Shown: positions 36,999 through 47,223, numbered from the stretch's first letter. The stretch is 64,000 nucleotides of DNA from Candidatus Daviesbacteria bacterium (GCA_028715175.1 JAQUSJ010000001.1:71760-135759), one strand, 5' to 3'. Translations and numbers: made by a program. Notes: generated from the sequence alone by a model not told the origin.

Positions 36999-38420
36999 TT
37001 AAATCCTTGGAAATAGAGGAGGTTGCGATTTAATAGCTCCGGAAAATTGTTTTAAAATTTTTTCGGAAGTTTCGGGTAAAAAAGGTTGTAATTTTAGGTT
37101 TAGATATCTAATTGCGTCTACTACAACTTGCATAACATTGATTAAATTTTGTCCTTTGAGTTTCCATGGTTGTTGATTATTTATATAATGGTCAATGATT
37201 CTTATTTCATCCCATATTAATTTTAGCGCTTCATCAAATCTGTAATTTTCCAAAGCCTTTGCATATAGAGTTGTTATATCTCCTGACGTTGTCGGTATAC
37301 TTGTTACAAGTTTGTTTATTGAGGGATTATTGTCCGAAATTGTTATGTTTTCGCAGAGTTTGGCAACTCTTGCCACTAAGTTCCCTAATCCATTTGCTAA
37401 GTCTGCATTATATAAGCGATCAAGAGCATCCCATGAAAAATCGCCATCTTCACCAAATGGAAATGCAGCCAGCAAAACATATCTAGTTCCATCTACACCG
37501 TATTTTTCTACTAATTGATCTGGACTAATTACATTTCCTAAAGTCTTAGACATCTTTTGTCCATTAACAGTAAAAAACCCATGTGCGAAAATTTGTTTTG
37601 GTAGTTTTTCGTCAATTGCCAGAAGCATTGCCGGCCAAATTATTGCATGAAACCAAAGAATATCTTTGCCTACCAAGTGAAGATCTGCCGGCCAAAAATT
37701 ATTTTGCGATCCATAAGTATAGTAATTAATTAAAGCTTCTATCCAAACATAAGCTGTGTGAGAGCAGTCAAAAGGTAGTGGAATTCCCCATTCAAGATTC
37801 GCTCTTGAAATAGAGATATCCTCCAAACCCTGTTTGATTTTACCCAGTATTTCGTTTTTCCTTGATTGCGGACTAATTTTAATTGTGTCAGAAGTGATTA
37901 GTTGTTCTAACTGTTTTTGATAAGCTGTTAGTTTAAAGTAGTAATTCTCTTCTGAGTGTTCGATTGGTTTGGTTTGGTGATCAGGACACAAACCGTTGAC
38001 TAATTCTTCCGGCGACATAAATTTTTCATGCCCTACACAATACAATCCCTTATAAAGTCGGGGTTTAGCATCAATTGCGCCCTTATCGTAAAGTTTCTGT
38101 AAAAATTTCTGTGCCATTTTTATGTGATCTTCATCAGTAGTTCTAATAAATCTAACAAAATCAATATCTAATTTCTCCCAAGCTTGTTTGAATTCTTCTG
38201 AAATCTTATCAGCATAGTCCTTAGGTTGTTGATTATGTTTTTTGGCTGCTTCAGCTATTTTTGCACCATGTTCATCAGTGCCAACTAATAATCTGGCATC
38301 GTAACCTTTGCATTTCCAGTAACGGGTTAAAACATCAGCTGCTACTGTAGGATACGCATGGCCGATGTGGGGGACATCATTAACATAATAAATTGGAGTT
38401 GTAATAAAAAATTTATTCAT
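36999..38420 (-). CDS. metG: Methionine--tRNA ligase (compact form)
   Basis: 'PIYYVNDVPHIGHAY' (HIGH) and 'KMSKTLGNVISP' (KMSKS). Confidence 0.85.
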   Translation of the reverse strand: MNKFFITTPIYYVNDVPHIGHAYPTVAADVLTRYWKCKGYDARLLVGTDEHGAKIAEAAKKHNQQPKDYADKISEEFKQAWEKLDIDFVRFIRTTDEDHIKMAQKFLQKLYDKGAIDAKPRLYKGLYCVGHEKFMSPEELVNGLCPDHQTKPIEHSEENYYFKLTAYQKQLEQLITSDTIKISPQSRKNEILGKIKQGLEDISISRANLEWGIPLPFDCSHTAYVWIEALINYYTYGSQNNFWPADLHLVGKDILWFHAIIWPAMLLAIDEKLPKQIFAHGFFTVNGQKMSKTLGNVISPDQLVEKYGVDGTRYVLLAAFPFGEDGDFSWDALDRLYNADLANGLGNLVARVAKLCENITISDNNPSINKLVTSIPTTSGDITTLYAKALENYRFDEALKLIWDEIRIIDHYINNQQPWKLKGQNLINVMQVVVDAIRYLNLKLQPFLPETSEKILKQFSGAIKSQPPLFPRI

Positions 38421-38788
38421 AGTTTCTTCGTCAGTTTAGGGATTTTTGATAATTTAGTCAATTTATGTTTTTTAATTTTCCTAAAATAACTGAAAAGTAA
38501 ATAAGTGGCAGCAACAGTTAATAGAGCAGTTACAATATTTAAAGTATCCAAAGCTTTAAGGATGAGTAGAAAAATGAGACCTAAAGAGAAAGAACAAGAA
38601 GAAAGAATATTTCTTAAAAAGATATTAAGAGTAAATATTAATGCCAAATATAAAGGAGTCAAAAATAGAATCAGCTGAGTATAATTTGCCTGGGTTAGAC
38701 TTTCAGGGTATGGTACTTGTAAAACCACAAATATAAAAATCCCCCAAAAAAACAAAACAGAAATAATTTTTGGAAAAACTTCAGGCAT
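38417..38788 (-). CDS. Hypothetical membrane protein
   Basis: 123 aa with 3-4 TM segments. ATGA overlap with metG. Confidence 0.3.
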   Translation of the reverse strand: MPEVFPKIISVLFFWGIFIFVVLQVPYPESLTQANYTQLILFLTPLYLALIFTLNIFLRNILSSCSFSLGLIFLLILKALDTLNIVTALLTVAATYLLFSYFRKIKKHKLTKLSKIPKLTKKL

Positions 38789-38802
38789 ATATCAATTGTA
38801 AA

Positions 38803-40974
38803 CTAAACTCCCGCCATTTCAAAAGTGGATCCCATGGAATTTTTGGAAACTTCGATCCGGACTGGGAATTCTTCTTTTAACTCTTCAATATGGGTGATAA
38901 CTAAAATTTTTTCAAAATCCCCTTTAATTGCATCAATTGCCTCAACCAGCTTAGCTCTTCCCGGTGCATCTTGAGAACCAAAACCTTCATCGATAACTAA
39001 AAATTGTAGTTTTGCTCCGGCCCGATGGGTAAGCAGTTTTGAAATAGCCAGTCGGACGGCAAAATTAACCCTAAAGGCTTCACCACCCGAATACATCTCA
39101 TAAGGTCTTTCACCCATTTCATCCGAAATAATAATATCCAATGTTTCTATGATGCCTTTTTCTCCGCTATCTAATTTAGTTTTTGTTTCCCGCTGGGTCA
39201 AAAGAGTAATCTTCATTCTTCCTTCTGTAAGTTTTTCTAAAAGTTTATTTGCCTCATCCTCAATTTCCGGAATGGCTCCCTCAATAATCATTGCCTGAAT
39301 CCCTTTTTTACCAAAAGCTAAAGCCAGTTCCTCAAAAGTTCCTTTTTCTTTTGCAAGTTTAGATTTTTCATCTGATTTTTGTTTTTTTAAGTTTTCCATC
39401 TGAGCAGTCCGGGAGATAAGTTCATTAATTTGCCCCAGCATTCCTTGAGCCTCTTTTTCTTCTGTTCGTAATTTTGCCATTTCCTGTTCTGCTTCATTGA
39501 TTTCAAGGTTAACTTTGGATAGTTTTTCAGGTAAATCAGATGGAAGTGCTACAATTTCTCTTTTCAGAGTATCGACCTGGGCTTTTTTATTTACAAACAT
39601 TGCCCGCATTTCCGAAACTACCTTTTCTTCGCTTGCAAGGGTGGCCTGAATTTTTAACATTTGTTCTTTGTCGGCTTGGGCCTTTTCCAAACCCTCAAGC
39701 TTTGTACAAATATCAAGATATTTACTTTGGTCGAAGACAAAATTTTTTAATGTGCTTTCTATTTTTTTGATTCTTTCTTCTTCAATAGCAAAATCTATTT
39801 CTTTTAAACTTTTTTGTAAAACTTGGATCTGGTCTGTTATGTTTTTGTGGACATGTTCCTTTTCGGTTTTGCCGATTTCCTGTCCGCAAGTAGGACACTT
39901 GGCCCCGGATATTTTAGTTTCTTTCAACTGGCTGTTTAATTTTTCTATTTCATTTTTAAACTGCTCTGATTTTTGTTTTTTCAAATTAATTTGTCCTAAA
40001 ATATCTGAAAGCTCTTTTTCTAACTCCATCCTTTTTTGTTTTATTTCATCCAGTTTATTCTTCTCACCTTGTAAATCTTTTAATTCTGAAAGTTCCGCGG
40101 TTACTTTATTTAACTTACTCAACTCTTCTTTTAAGGATTCAATTTTAAATTTGCGGTTTTTACCCTGGAAAATGATTTCTTCCAGCTCTTTTTTATTTTG
40201 CAGGAAATTTTGTTCTAATTTTGTTTTTTGTTCATTTGCTATTTTTAGAGTTTCGCGTTTATCTTGTAAATTTTTAATTTTTTCTTGCAGAGTTTTTATT
40301 TTTTCTTCAACTTGAACAATAGTTTCTTCTGCCACTCTTTTCTTCTCACTCCTTTCTTCTTTTTGGGAAAGCTCTGCTTCTATTTCTAAAGTCTGGTATT
40401 CCAAAAGTTGGAGTTTGCTTTGGATCTCTTTTATTTTTTCTTTGGCTTTCTCTTCCAGTAAGTCATAATGGGACAACCCTAAAATATCTGCCAGGATTCT
40501 TTTTCTATCGGTCGGGCCTTTGGTGGTAAATTCATCCGCATGACCCTGGCGGAGGTATGAAGAGTTGGTAAAGGTTTCAAAAGTTAAATGCAAACAGTTG
40601 ATAATTTTTTCTTGGGTGGCTTTTATTGTCCCCTCTGTTAGGTTATGTGATCCGGCTGCGCCGGACCAAAATTCCAAAGTAGTGGAACCGCCACCTTTTT
40701 TGACACGTTTTCTTTCCAGTCTATAAATATTTCCATCTAATTCAAAAGAAAATTCAACACTCATCTCATTAGCGCCTGAGTGGATTAAAGAATCGGCAGA
40801 ATCACCTGCCCGCGATACTCCCCAGATGCACCAGGTGATGGCATCCAAAAGCGATGATTTGCCGGCTCCGTTTAAGCCGGATATAGCAGCCAGTTTAAAT
40901 TTGGTAAAGTCCAACTCAGGCGGATTATCAGCATAACTGGTGAAATTTGATAATTTTAATTTTACCGGTATCAT
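38803..40974 (-). CDS. sbcC: SbcC/Rad50-like ATPase with zinc hook
   Basis: Walker A 'GLNGAGKSSLLDAITW', a long coiled coil with 'CPTCGQ' hook, and the C-terminal signature/Walker B 'LQFLVIDEGFGSQD'. Confidence 0.8.
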   Translation of the reverse strand: MIPVKLKLSNFTSYADNPPELDFTKFKLAAISGLNGAGKSSLLDAITWCIWGVSRAGDSADSLIHSGANEMSVEFSFELDGNIYRLERKRVKKGGGSTTLEFWSGAAGSHNLTEGTIKATQEKIINCLHLTFETFTNSSYLRQGHADEFTTKGPTDRKRILADILGLSHYDLLEEKAKEKIKEIQSKLQLLEYQTLEIEAELSQKEERSEKKRVAEETIVQVEEKIKTLQEKIKNLQDKRETLKIANEQKTKLEQNFLQNKKELEEIIFQGKNRKFKIESLKEELSKLNKVTAELSELKDLQGEKNKLDEIKQKRMELEKELSDILGQINLKKQKSEQFKNEIEKLNSQLKETKISGAKCPTCGQEIGKTEKEHVHKNITDQIQVLQKSLKEIDFAIEEERIKKIESTLKNFVFDQSKYLDICTKLEGLEKAQADKEQMLKIQATLASEEKVVSEMRAMFVNKKAQVDTLKREIVALPSDLPEKLSKVNLEINEAEQEMAKLRTEEKEAQGMLGQINELISRTAQMENLKKQKSDEKSKLAKEKGTFEELALAFGKKGIQAMIIEGAIPEIEDEANKLLEKLTEGRMKITLLTQRETKTKLDSGEKGIIETLDIIISDEMGERPYEMYSGGEAFRVNFAVRLAISKLLTHRAGAKLQFLVIDEGFGSQDAPGRAKLVEAIDAIKGDFEKILVITHIEELKEEFPVRIEVSKNSMGSTFEMAGV

Positions 40975-40975
40975 A

Positions 40976-42169
40976 TTAGTTTTCTAAAAGCGCTGCGGCG
41001 TAATTTTCCAGTTCCTTTTGTTTGCCAGGGGAATATTTTTTTGCTTCAAAGTATTTTTTTAAAGCAGCAATAGGAGTTAAACTTTCTACATCTTTTCCTA
41101 AATCGATTTTTTCCCTTTCAACTTTTTCAATGTTTCGGGAAATTCCAGCTAAAATATGAGCGGAAGATAGTGCTTTTTTAATTTTGTCCATCTCAATATC
41201 TTTATCCAACTCTGCCGGTATATTTATTACCAGCCGGATAATTTTATCAGCAAGAGCGCACTTTTTAATTTCATCTAATACTATTTGGGTTGGGTCAAGA
41301 TCTGTAGTTTTTAAATTAACAGTAACTGTTAAAAATTTTCTTGCTCCTGAGGGAATAAATTTATAGCTTGTTTCAAATTTATCTGACGACTGACGACTGA
41401 TAGCTAATATCTCGACTATTATAAAACCTTTTTCTTCTTTCTCTTCGCCGAAATCTATCCGCTCTGGAGAACCGGAGTAAACAATTAGTGGTCCGGCACC
41501 TGCCGGACTAGAAAGAACTTGATGTTTGTGAATATGGCCTAAAGCCACATAAGAGATCCTTTTATCTTGAAGAAGCGGCAGAGGAATTGTGATATCGTTT
41601 CCGATAGCCAGTCCCTTTTCCGACCCAAAAACTGAACCTTCAATTTCGGCATGCGAGGCCAGTATTGCAGGTCCGCCAGCTGGCGGAGGCTTAATTTTTT
41701 CATACATAAGTTTTAATTTTTCGGCAACTTGCTTGTAGTCATTTTTATGGAGCCAGGGAAGAGTAATAACTTGTAAATTGCCGGATTTGGTCTTAATTTG
41801 CAAAAGTTCCGGAAATCTTGAAACCCAGACATTTTCTATCTCCAGGGCAGAGTAGATATCCAAAGTATTGGCTTTGCCTTCTGCATTTGGAGTGTCATGG
41901 TTTCCCACCACCAGCACAACAGGGATTTTTTTGGCCAGTATCTTAATTCTTTCTCCAAATCCCCGCTGTTGGGTGGGGTTTGGATCTCTGGTTTTATAGG
42001 CATCTCCTGCAAAAATGACTGCGTCAACCTGCTCTTCAAAAGCTTTTTCCACTATAAAATCAAAAGTCTTAAAAAAGTCGAGTAATCTGGTAGAAAGTCC
42101 GGTTTCCGGATCCAACCTGGTATAATTTTCCATACCAATATGCAGGTCGGAAAAATGAAGTAGTTTCAT
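40976..42169 (-). CDS. sbcD: SbcD/Mre11-like nuclease
   Basis: 'LLHFSDLHIG', 'GDAYKTRDP' and 'GNHD' calcineurin-like phosphoesterase motifs. It contains the in-frame repeat at 41383-41409. Confidence 0.85.
   Translation of the reverse strand: MKLLHFSDLHIGMENYTRLDPETGLSTRLLDFFKTFDFIVEKAFEEQVDAVIFAGDAYKTRDPNPTQQRGFGERIKILAKKIPVVLVVGNHDTPNAEGKANTLDIYSALEIENVWVSRFPELLQIKTKSGNLQVITLPWLHKNDYKQVAEKLKLMYEKIKPPPAGGPAILASHAEIEGSVFGSEKGLAIGNDITIPLPLLQDKRISYVALGHIHKHQVLSSPAGAGPLIVYSGSPERIDFGEEKEEKGFIIVEILAISRQSSDKFETSYKFIPSGARKFLTVTVNLKTTDLDPTQIVLDEIKKCALADKIIRLVINIPAELDKDIEMDKIKKALSSAHILAGISRNIEKVEREKIDLGKDVESLTPIAALKKYFEAKKYSPGKQKELENYAAALLEN
41383..41409. repeat. Repeat 'ctgacgactgacgactgatagctaat', in frame in sbcD (encodes 'ILAISRQSSDK')
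   Basis: Same family as 10530-10560 and 9886-9924. Confidence 0.8.
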
Positions 42170-42189
42170 CGGGGAGATTATATCATTGC

Positions 42190-43353
42190 TTGGTCAGGTA
42201 TAATATCCACATGTTCAGATGCCGTATAGATAAAGTTAGATCACACCTTAAAAAACAAAACCTAGATGCAGTTTTGATTTCTGCTGTATCCAATATTTGT
42301 TATCTTACTGGCTATGCTAATTTTTCTCAAAATGAGCGAGAAGCATATTTAATTATTACAAAAAATGAACAATTCATCATTACCGATGGTAGGTATTCGG
42401 GTGTAATAAAAAGACAAGTCCCCTATTTTAAATTACTGGAACTAACTGGTGAAAATTCTCTTAAAAATATTTTTGCAAAGTTTGCCCGTCTTAAAGTTTT
42501 GGGGATAGAAGAAGACGAAATAACTGTTTCAGAACATAAGATGTTAAAAAAACATTTTAAGAAAATGAAGCATCTGGATATTAAATCTCACAGATCAGTT
42601 AAAACTGATGATGAGATTAGAAAAATAGAGGAAGCTGCAAAATTAGGAGATAAAGCATTTAAGTATATTTTAGGGAAAATAAAAGAAGGTATTAGCGAAA
42701 AAGAATTGGCATATGAATTGGAATTATTTATCAAGAAAAATGGAGGAGAGTTGTCTTTTCCTCCGATTATTGCTTTTGGTCGAAACTCTGCCATACCACA
42801 TCATCAAACAGGAGAAACTAAATTGGATAAAAAAGAAGGACAGTTTATCCTCCTTGATTTCGGGGTGAAACTTGAAAATTATTGTTCAGATATGACAAGG
42901 ACCATAATTTTTGGAAAACCAACTAATAAACAAAAAAGAATATACGAAACAGTACTAAAAGCCCAGCAAAAAGCGATAGATTTTATAAATTCAAAAATTA
43001 AATCAGGTAAAAAAGTTAAGGCTTCTGATGCAGATAAAACTGCCAGAGATTTTATTATTTCCCAAAAATATCCAAATATTCCTCATTCTTTGGGACACGG
43101 CATCGGTTTACAAGTGCACGAACATCCCTCTCTTTCTTCCAAAAGCCGCGATATTTTAAAGACAGGGATGGTTTTTTCGATAGAGCCGGGGATATATTTA
43201 CCTGATTTCGGCGGGGTAAGAACTGAGGATCTATTTTGCATCAGCAAAATAGTCCCGAGCGAAACGAAGGGTTTATTTGTTTTGGGAAAAAATGACTTAA
43301 AGCAGTTAACTAATTCACCGAAATCAATCATTTCCATTCAAGCGTTAAGTTGA
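42190..43353 (+). CDS. M24-family Xaa-Pro aminopeptidase
   Basis: 'HSLGHGIGLQVHEHP' and the pita-bread metal ligand pattern. Confidence 0.8.
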   Translation: MVRYNIHMFRCRIDKVRSHLKKQNLDAVLISAVSNICYLTGYANFSQNEREAYLIITKNEQFIITDGRYSGVIKRQVPYFKLLELTGENSLKNIFAKFARLKVLGIEEDEITVSEHKMLKKHFKKMKHLDIKSHRSVKTDDEIRKIEEAAKLGDKAFKYILGKIKEGISEKELAYELELFIKKNGGELSFPPIIAFGRNSAIPHHQTGETKLDKKEGQFILLDFGVKLENYCSDMTRTIIFGKPTNKQKRIYETVLKAQQKAIDFINSKIKSGKKVKASDADKTARDFIISQKYPNIPHSLGHGIGLQVHEHPSLSSKSRDILKTGMVFSIEPGIYLPDFGGVRTEDLFCISKIVPSETKGLFVLGKNDLKQLTNSPKSIISIQALS

Positions 43354-43388
43354 CATTAATATTACGACCGTAGCATTAATGTTAACCA

Positions 43389-43904
43389 TTATTGCGAATA
43401 AAACCAGAAACTATCTATTTTTTTATATGGTTTCCAGTTTGGAAAATGGTAAGTTTGGGTAATGATTACTGTTTTCTTTTTTAATTCTTTTTTCAATTTT
43501 TCTTCTAATTTTTTAACACCTTTTGGTAAAAGATAAATATAGATTACATCAGCGTCAGCATAATTTTTTGAAAAAAGATTGCCATGATAAAATTTTACGT
43601 TCCCAGGCGTGGTCTGGGAAGCTGATTTTATGCGAGAATAAAGAACGCGCAGCCATGATTGTTCAATGCCCACTGAATGCGCTCCTAAGCTGGCTGCTGC
43701 AAAAACAACCCTGCCATCCCCGGATCCTAATTCATAAAACTTTTTTCCTCTTTTTACGCCAGCTAATTTCAAAATCTTTTTTATTTGATCCATTTTAGTG
43801 GGAACAAACGGTGCGTCAGTTCCGGCAAACCAGGATAGGGCTATAACGCAACCTATTAAGATGCCTCCGGAGATAATGAGTGATATATCCATATTTTGTG
43901 TCAT
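43389..43904 (-). CDS. Class I SAM-dependent methyltransferase (small)
   Basis: 'FYELGSGDGRVV' motif I. The annotated ATG lies inside repeat 43898-43968, so the true start may be Met5. Confidence 0.5.
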   Translation of the reverse strand: MTQNMDISLIISGGILIGCVIALSWFAGTDAPFVPTKMDQIKKILKLAGVKRGKKFYELGSGDGRVVFAAASLGAHSVGIEQSWLRVLYSRIKSASQTTPGNVKFYHGNLFSKNYADADVIYIYLLPKGVKKLEEKLKKELKKKTVIITQTYHFPNWKPYKKIDSFWFYSQ

Positions 43905-43968
43905 CCTGAACGTAGCGAAAGATCTTCCGTGGTCGCGGAAGATTGCCCGCTAATCGCTCGCAATGACG
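43898..43968. repeat. Palindromic repeat element, GTCATCCTGA family (intergenic MTase/femAB-like)
   Basis: 'tgtcatcctgaacgtagcgaaagatcttccg...cggaagattgcccgctaatcgctcgcaatgacgg'. Confidence 0.7.
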
Positions 43969-43972
43969 GGAA

Positions 43973-45040
43973 TTATTTCCCAATCAATTTTAGCAAAAAA
44001 ATTTTGAGTGGAGTTAAGCGGTCTACAGCAGTAAACAGCCAATATACCGGCCAGTTAAATACCAAATCATAAGTCCCGATATATTCTGTTAATTGTCCTC
44101 CATATCCCTGTTTAAACTTATGAAAGCCAAACCAGGGATCTTTTGGATTTGCATCAGGACCCAGGGCTCCCCACATGTCAAACTTTTTAAAACCCATTTT
44201 TTTACCTAATTTTATAGCTTCCCAGGCCACTAAATTATTTGCCATTACCTCCGGGTGGATTTTGGAAGAACCGCCGTAAGGGTAATAAAGAGTACCTTTA
44301 AAATTTAACAGCATCCAGGCAGTTAAGGGTAGTTGGTAGTAAGCAATAAGTAAACGAGCCATGCCGGCATTTTTCAGGGTTTGCCAGACTTTGCGGTGAT
44401 AGTTTTTATTATGTCCATGATAACCTTGTCTTTTGGTAGTTTCAAAATATAATTTTAAATAAATTTCAAAAGCCTCATCGTCCCTTCTTTCTTCCACTCT
44501 TACTCGATGTTTTTGGGCAACCTTGATGTTGTATCTGGTTTTCGGGTGCATTTTTTTTAAAAGTTCTTCTTCTGATTTTGTTAAATCAACAATAAAATTA
44601 TATTTAGTAAATAACGGTTTAGGGGATTTGATAAAATTCGTATCAACGCTGTCATTCTGAGCGATTAGCGAAGAATATAATTCTGGGTTTATATCCTTCG
44701 TTTCACTCAGGACGACAGGATGAATGTTAGCGATGACATCAGGCTCTATTTTTATGAAAGCGCAATTATTTTCCTGGCCGATTTTTTTTAAAGCTTTTGC
44801 TAATTCTTTGTTAGGGAATGGACCTTTTGGGAGGTAGCCGACGTATTGGTTTGTAAAGGGAATCTTATGTAAAGTTAGCTGGAAGGCTTTGGATAATTTG
44901 TTTCCGTGGTATATGCCGTAGCGCAGAAGCGGAATTTGTAGAGATTTTCTAAACTCTCCCCATTCGTATGACTGGATGACATGAGTAACTAATTTGTTGT
45001 ACTGTGATTTTTGTTTGTCGCCGATTGGTCGTAAATCCAT
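43973..45040 (-). CDS. FemAB-family peptidoglycan bridge-formation (aminoacyltransferase) protein
   Basis: FemABX-like length and the 'KTRYNIK' motif. It contains an in-frame palindromic element at 44650-44717. Confidence 0.6.
   Translation of the reverse strand: MDLRPIGDKQKSQYNKLVTHVIQSYEWGEFRKSLQIPLLRYGIYHGNKLSKAFQLTLHKIPFTNQYVGYLPKGPFPNKELAKALKKIGQENNCAFIKIEPDVIANIHPVVLSETKDINPELYSSLIAQNDSVDTNFIKSPKPLFTKYNFIVDLTKSEEELLKKMHPKTRYNIKVAQKHRVRVEERRDDEAFEIYLKLYFETTKRQGYHGHNKNYHRKVWQTLKNAGMARLLIAYYQLPLTAWMLLNFKGTLYYPYGGSSKIHPEVMANNLVAWEAIKLGKKMGFKKFDMWGALGPDANPKDPWFGFHKFKQGYGGQLTEYIGTYDLVFNWPVYWLFTAVDRLTPLKIFLLKLIGK
44650..44717. repeat. Palindromic repeat element, GTCATTCTGAGCG family, in frame in the FemAB-family gene (encodes 'VVLSETKDINPELYSSLIAQND')
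   Basis: 'gtcattctgagcgattagcgaagaatata...tatatccttcgtttcactcaggacgac'. Confidence 0.8.
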
Positions 45041-45130
45041 GCGACAAGTATATAAGGACCTGCTTCGTACTTCAATATGAATATTTTATTTCGTGCTCGC
45101 AGAACCTTGCCTTTTCGCTACGCGAAAACG

Positions 45131-45823
45131 TCAGAAGATTTGGATTTTGGCTTTTGTTTTAAGTTCCTGGAATTTTTCTGAAAAGATTTGAGTTAATTTT
45201 TGGTTTTTGAGATTATCGTAAGCTTCTTTTTCCTGTCCTGCAGAATCTGTTGCACGCAGCTGATCTTGATTTTGTTCTATAAATTTTGTGACTTCTTCCG
45301 CGGAAACTGTCGCATCGTTTGCGTAGAGTTTTTCAATTGTTAATTGCAATTTAATTTGATTTCTGATGCTTATCTTTGTTTGTCCCTGTTGAGCAAGCAT
45401 GGCGTCCAGAGTTTGCGCTCCGCCCAAACTTGTTTCTATTTCCGAGATTTTTTTATCAACATCCGCCTCTGATACTACCGCATGATTTTTTGCAGCTTCG
45501 TCCAAAATTATTTTCTCATTTATCATTTGAGTTAAGGTTTGAGAGCGGAAATCCCGATTAAGGCGCATCTGCAGCTCTAGATTATTGATAGGTGAGCCAT
45601 TTACTGTTGCAGCAACAAACCAATTCTTTTTGAATATTACCAAAAGCAGCAATCCTGTGATTATCAGGATAATATAAAATTTCTTTGAGGATCGGAAGTT
45701 TTTTAAAGAAGATAATTTATCCAGTAAATTATTAACTGTACTAAATGGATAATTCGGTTTTTGTTTAACAAGAGACTGTTTAGCCATTGACCGATAATAA
45801 CAGAAATAATTGTATTTTGGCAA
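45131..45823 (-). CDS. SurA N-terminal-domain-like periplasmic chaperone protein (real start probably near 45787)
   Basis: TM anchor followed by a SurA_N-like helical domain. No PPIase domain. Confidence 0.35.
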   Translation of the reverse strand: MPKYNYFCYYRSMAKQSLVKQKPNYPFSTVNNLLDKLSSLKNFRSSKKFYIILIITGLLLLVIFKKNWFVAATVNGSPINNLELQMRLNRDFRSQTLTQMINEKIILDEAAKNHAVVSEADVDKKISEIETSLGGAQTLDAMLAQQGQTKISIRNQIKLQLTIEKLYANDATVSAEEVTKFIEQNQDQLRATDSAGQEKEAYDNLKNQKLTQIFSEKFQELKTKAKIQIF

Positions 45824-45844
45824 GAGCTAATCTATGATGATTAT

Positions 45845-46486
45845 ATGCAAAGAGGTTCTGCCCAACTTCTAGTGGTTTTTATTGCTGTAACTGCTCTTGC
45901 GGCAGGTGGTTATTATTACTTAAGCGCTAAAGGCAAAAATCCTTTGCCAGCTATTAATGCAAATGTTGCTCCTTTAAAAACTCTTCAGTCCAGTGATTAT
46001 GCAAATCAAAGTTTGGGTTTTGGTTTTACATACCCGAAGAGGTTTTTCGCAAAAGATGATTCCGAAGATGAATTTAATAAGCGGGGCAATGGTGATTTCA
46101 GGAAGAATTTTAAAGGTTATGTTGGATATGAGCCGGGAAAATTTTTAGGAGCAGCGGTGGTGTTGGATAAAAATAACGATTACGAGCAAAACCCTTTTAC
46201 TGTTTGGGTTTTTAATAACCCGCAAAATTTAAGTATTGATAACTGGTATAAAAATTATTGGTATTATCCATTTGTCTGGGGAGATTTTACATATTCTGGA
46301 AAAGTTGTCTTAGCTCCAAAAGAAGAAGCCACAATTTCAGGGCAGCCGGCCAAATCCGGAGTTATTGATTATCAACCCGGAAAACCAAAATTTATTTATG
46401 TGGCAAAAGATGGGAAAATGTATTTATTCAGGGTGATTGGGGAAACTGGTAATCAGATTCTTTCCACTTTTAAATTCCTAAAGTAA
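45845..46486 (+). CDS. Hypothetical secreted or membrane-anchored protein
   Basis: N-terminal signal/TM, then an aromatic-rich domain. Confidence 0.3.
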   Translation: MQRGSAQLLVVFIAVTALAAGGYYYLSAKGKNPLPAINANVAPLKTLQSSDYANQSLGFGFTYPKRFFAKDDSEDEFNKRGNGDFRKNFKGYVGYEPGKFLGAAVVLDKNNDYEQNPFTVWVFNNPQNLSIDNWYKNYWYYPFVWGDFTYSGKVVLAPKEEATISGQPAKSGVIDYQPGKPKFIYVAKDGKMYLFRVIGETGNQILSTFKFLK

Positions 46487-46524
46487 GTAAATATCTACTC
46501 TTCGATTTCATTCAGGGTGAACAA

Positions 46525-47220
46525 TTATAAAAGATAGATATCCACAAATCTTGCAGTCCAGCCGGCAGTGCGAGTATCATCAAAGCCTAAATCAATGATA
46601 TTGCCTTTAATTGCCCCACCAGTATCACCGGCTATGGCCATGCCGTATCCTGGAACATAAGCCTTGCTTCGAAGTTTTATTACCTGGGGATCCACGGCAA
46701 TTACCCCTTTGCCGGCCCTCATGCCTATGGCTGTCCATTCGTTGCAACCCGGGCATCTAGAATCATAATGAGTGGCATAAACCCGCATTTTTTTCCAATA
46801 TTTAATTTCTCCATCCGGAGTCTGTAAAGTTTTCCAGACTATTTTGGTACCCCGCAAAATTTTTTTATCTTCGGCAGGTATTGTTTCAACAGAAATCAGT
46901 TCTCTTTCATATTCTTCCCCCTCTTTTGAATAAGTAATTTTATATATTTTTGTTTTTTTACCATCTGCTCCTTCTTCCAAGACTTTTTCTTCACCTGCTT
47001 CGGTTTCCGGATCATCTTGATAAACTGTTTTCTTAGCTAGAACTTCAGTTTCTTCCTGCAGTTTTTCTGTAAAAGAGGATTCGGTATGAACAGGTTGATT
47101 AACCGGCAAACTGTTGATTGGAGATCCCGTAGATTGTCCCAAAATAGCAGGGGGTTGCCAGAAAGTTTTGGCAAAGGTAGTCAGCGCAAATATTAAAATA
47201 ATTCCTAAATATTTTTCCAT
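46525..47220 (-). CDS. 3D-domain (MltA/RlpA-like) cell-wall-associated protein
   Basis: C-terminal 'YATHYDSRCPGCNEWTAIGMRAG...GDTGGAIKGNIIDL' 3D domain. Confidence 0.55.
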   Translation of the reverse strand: MEKYLGIILIFALTTFAKTFWQPPAILGQSTGSPINSLPVNQPVHTESSFTEKLQEETEVLAKKTVYQDDPETEAGEEKVLEEGADGKKTKIYKITYSKEGEEYERELISVETIPAEDKKILRGTKIVWKTLQTPDGEIKYWKKMRVYATHYDSRCPGCNEWTAIGMRAGKGVIAVDPQVIKLRSKAYVPGYGMAIAGDTGGAIKGNIIDLGFDDTRTAGWTARFVDIYLL

Positions 47221-47223
47221 TGT

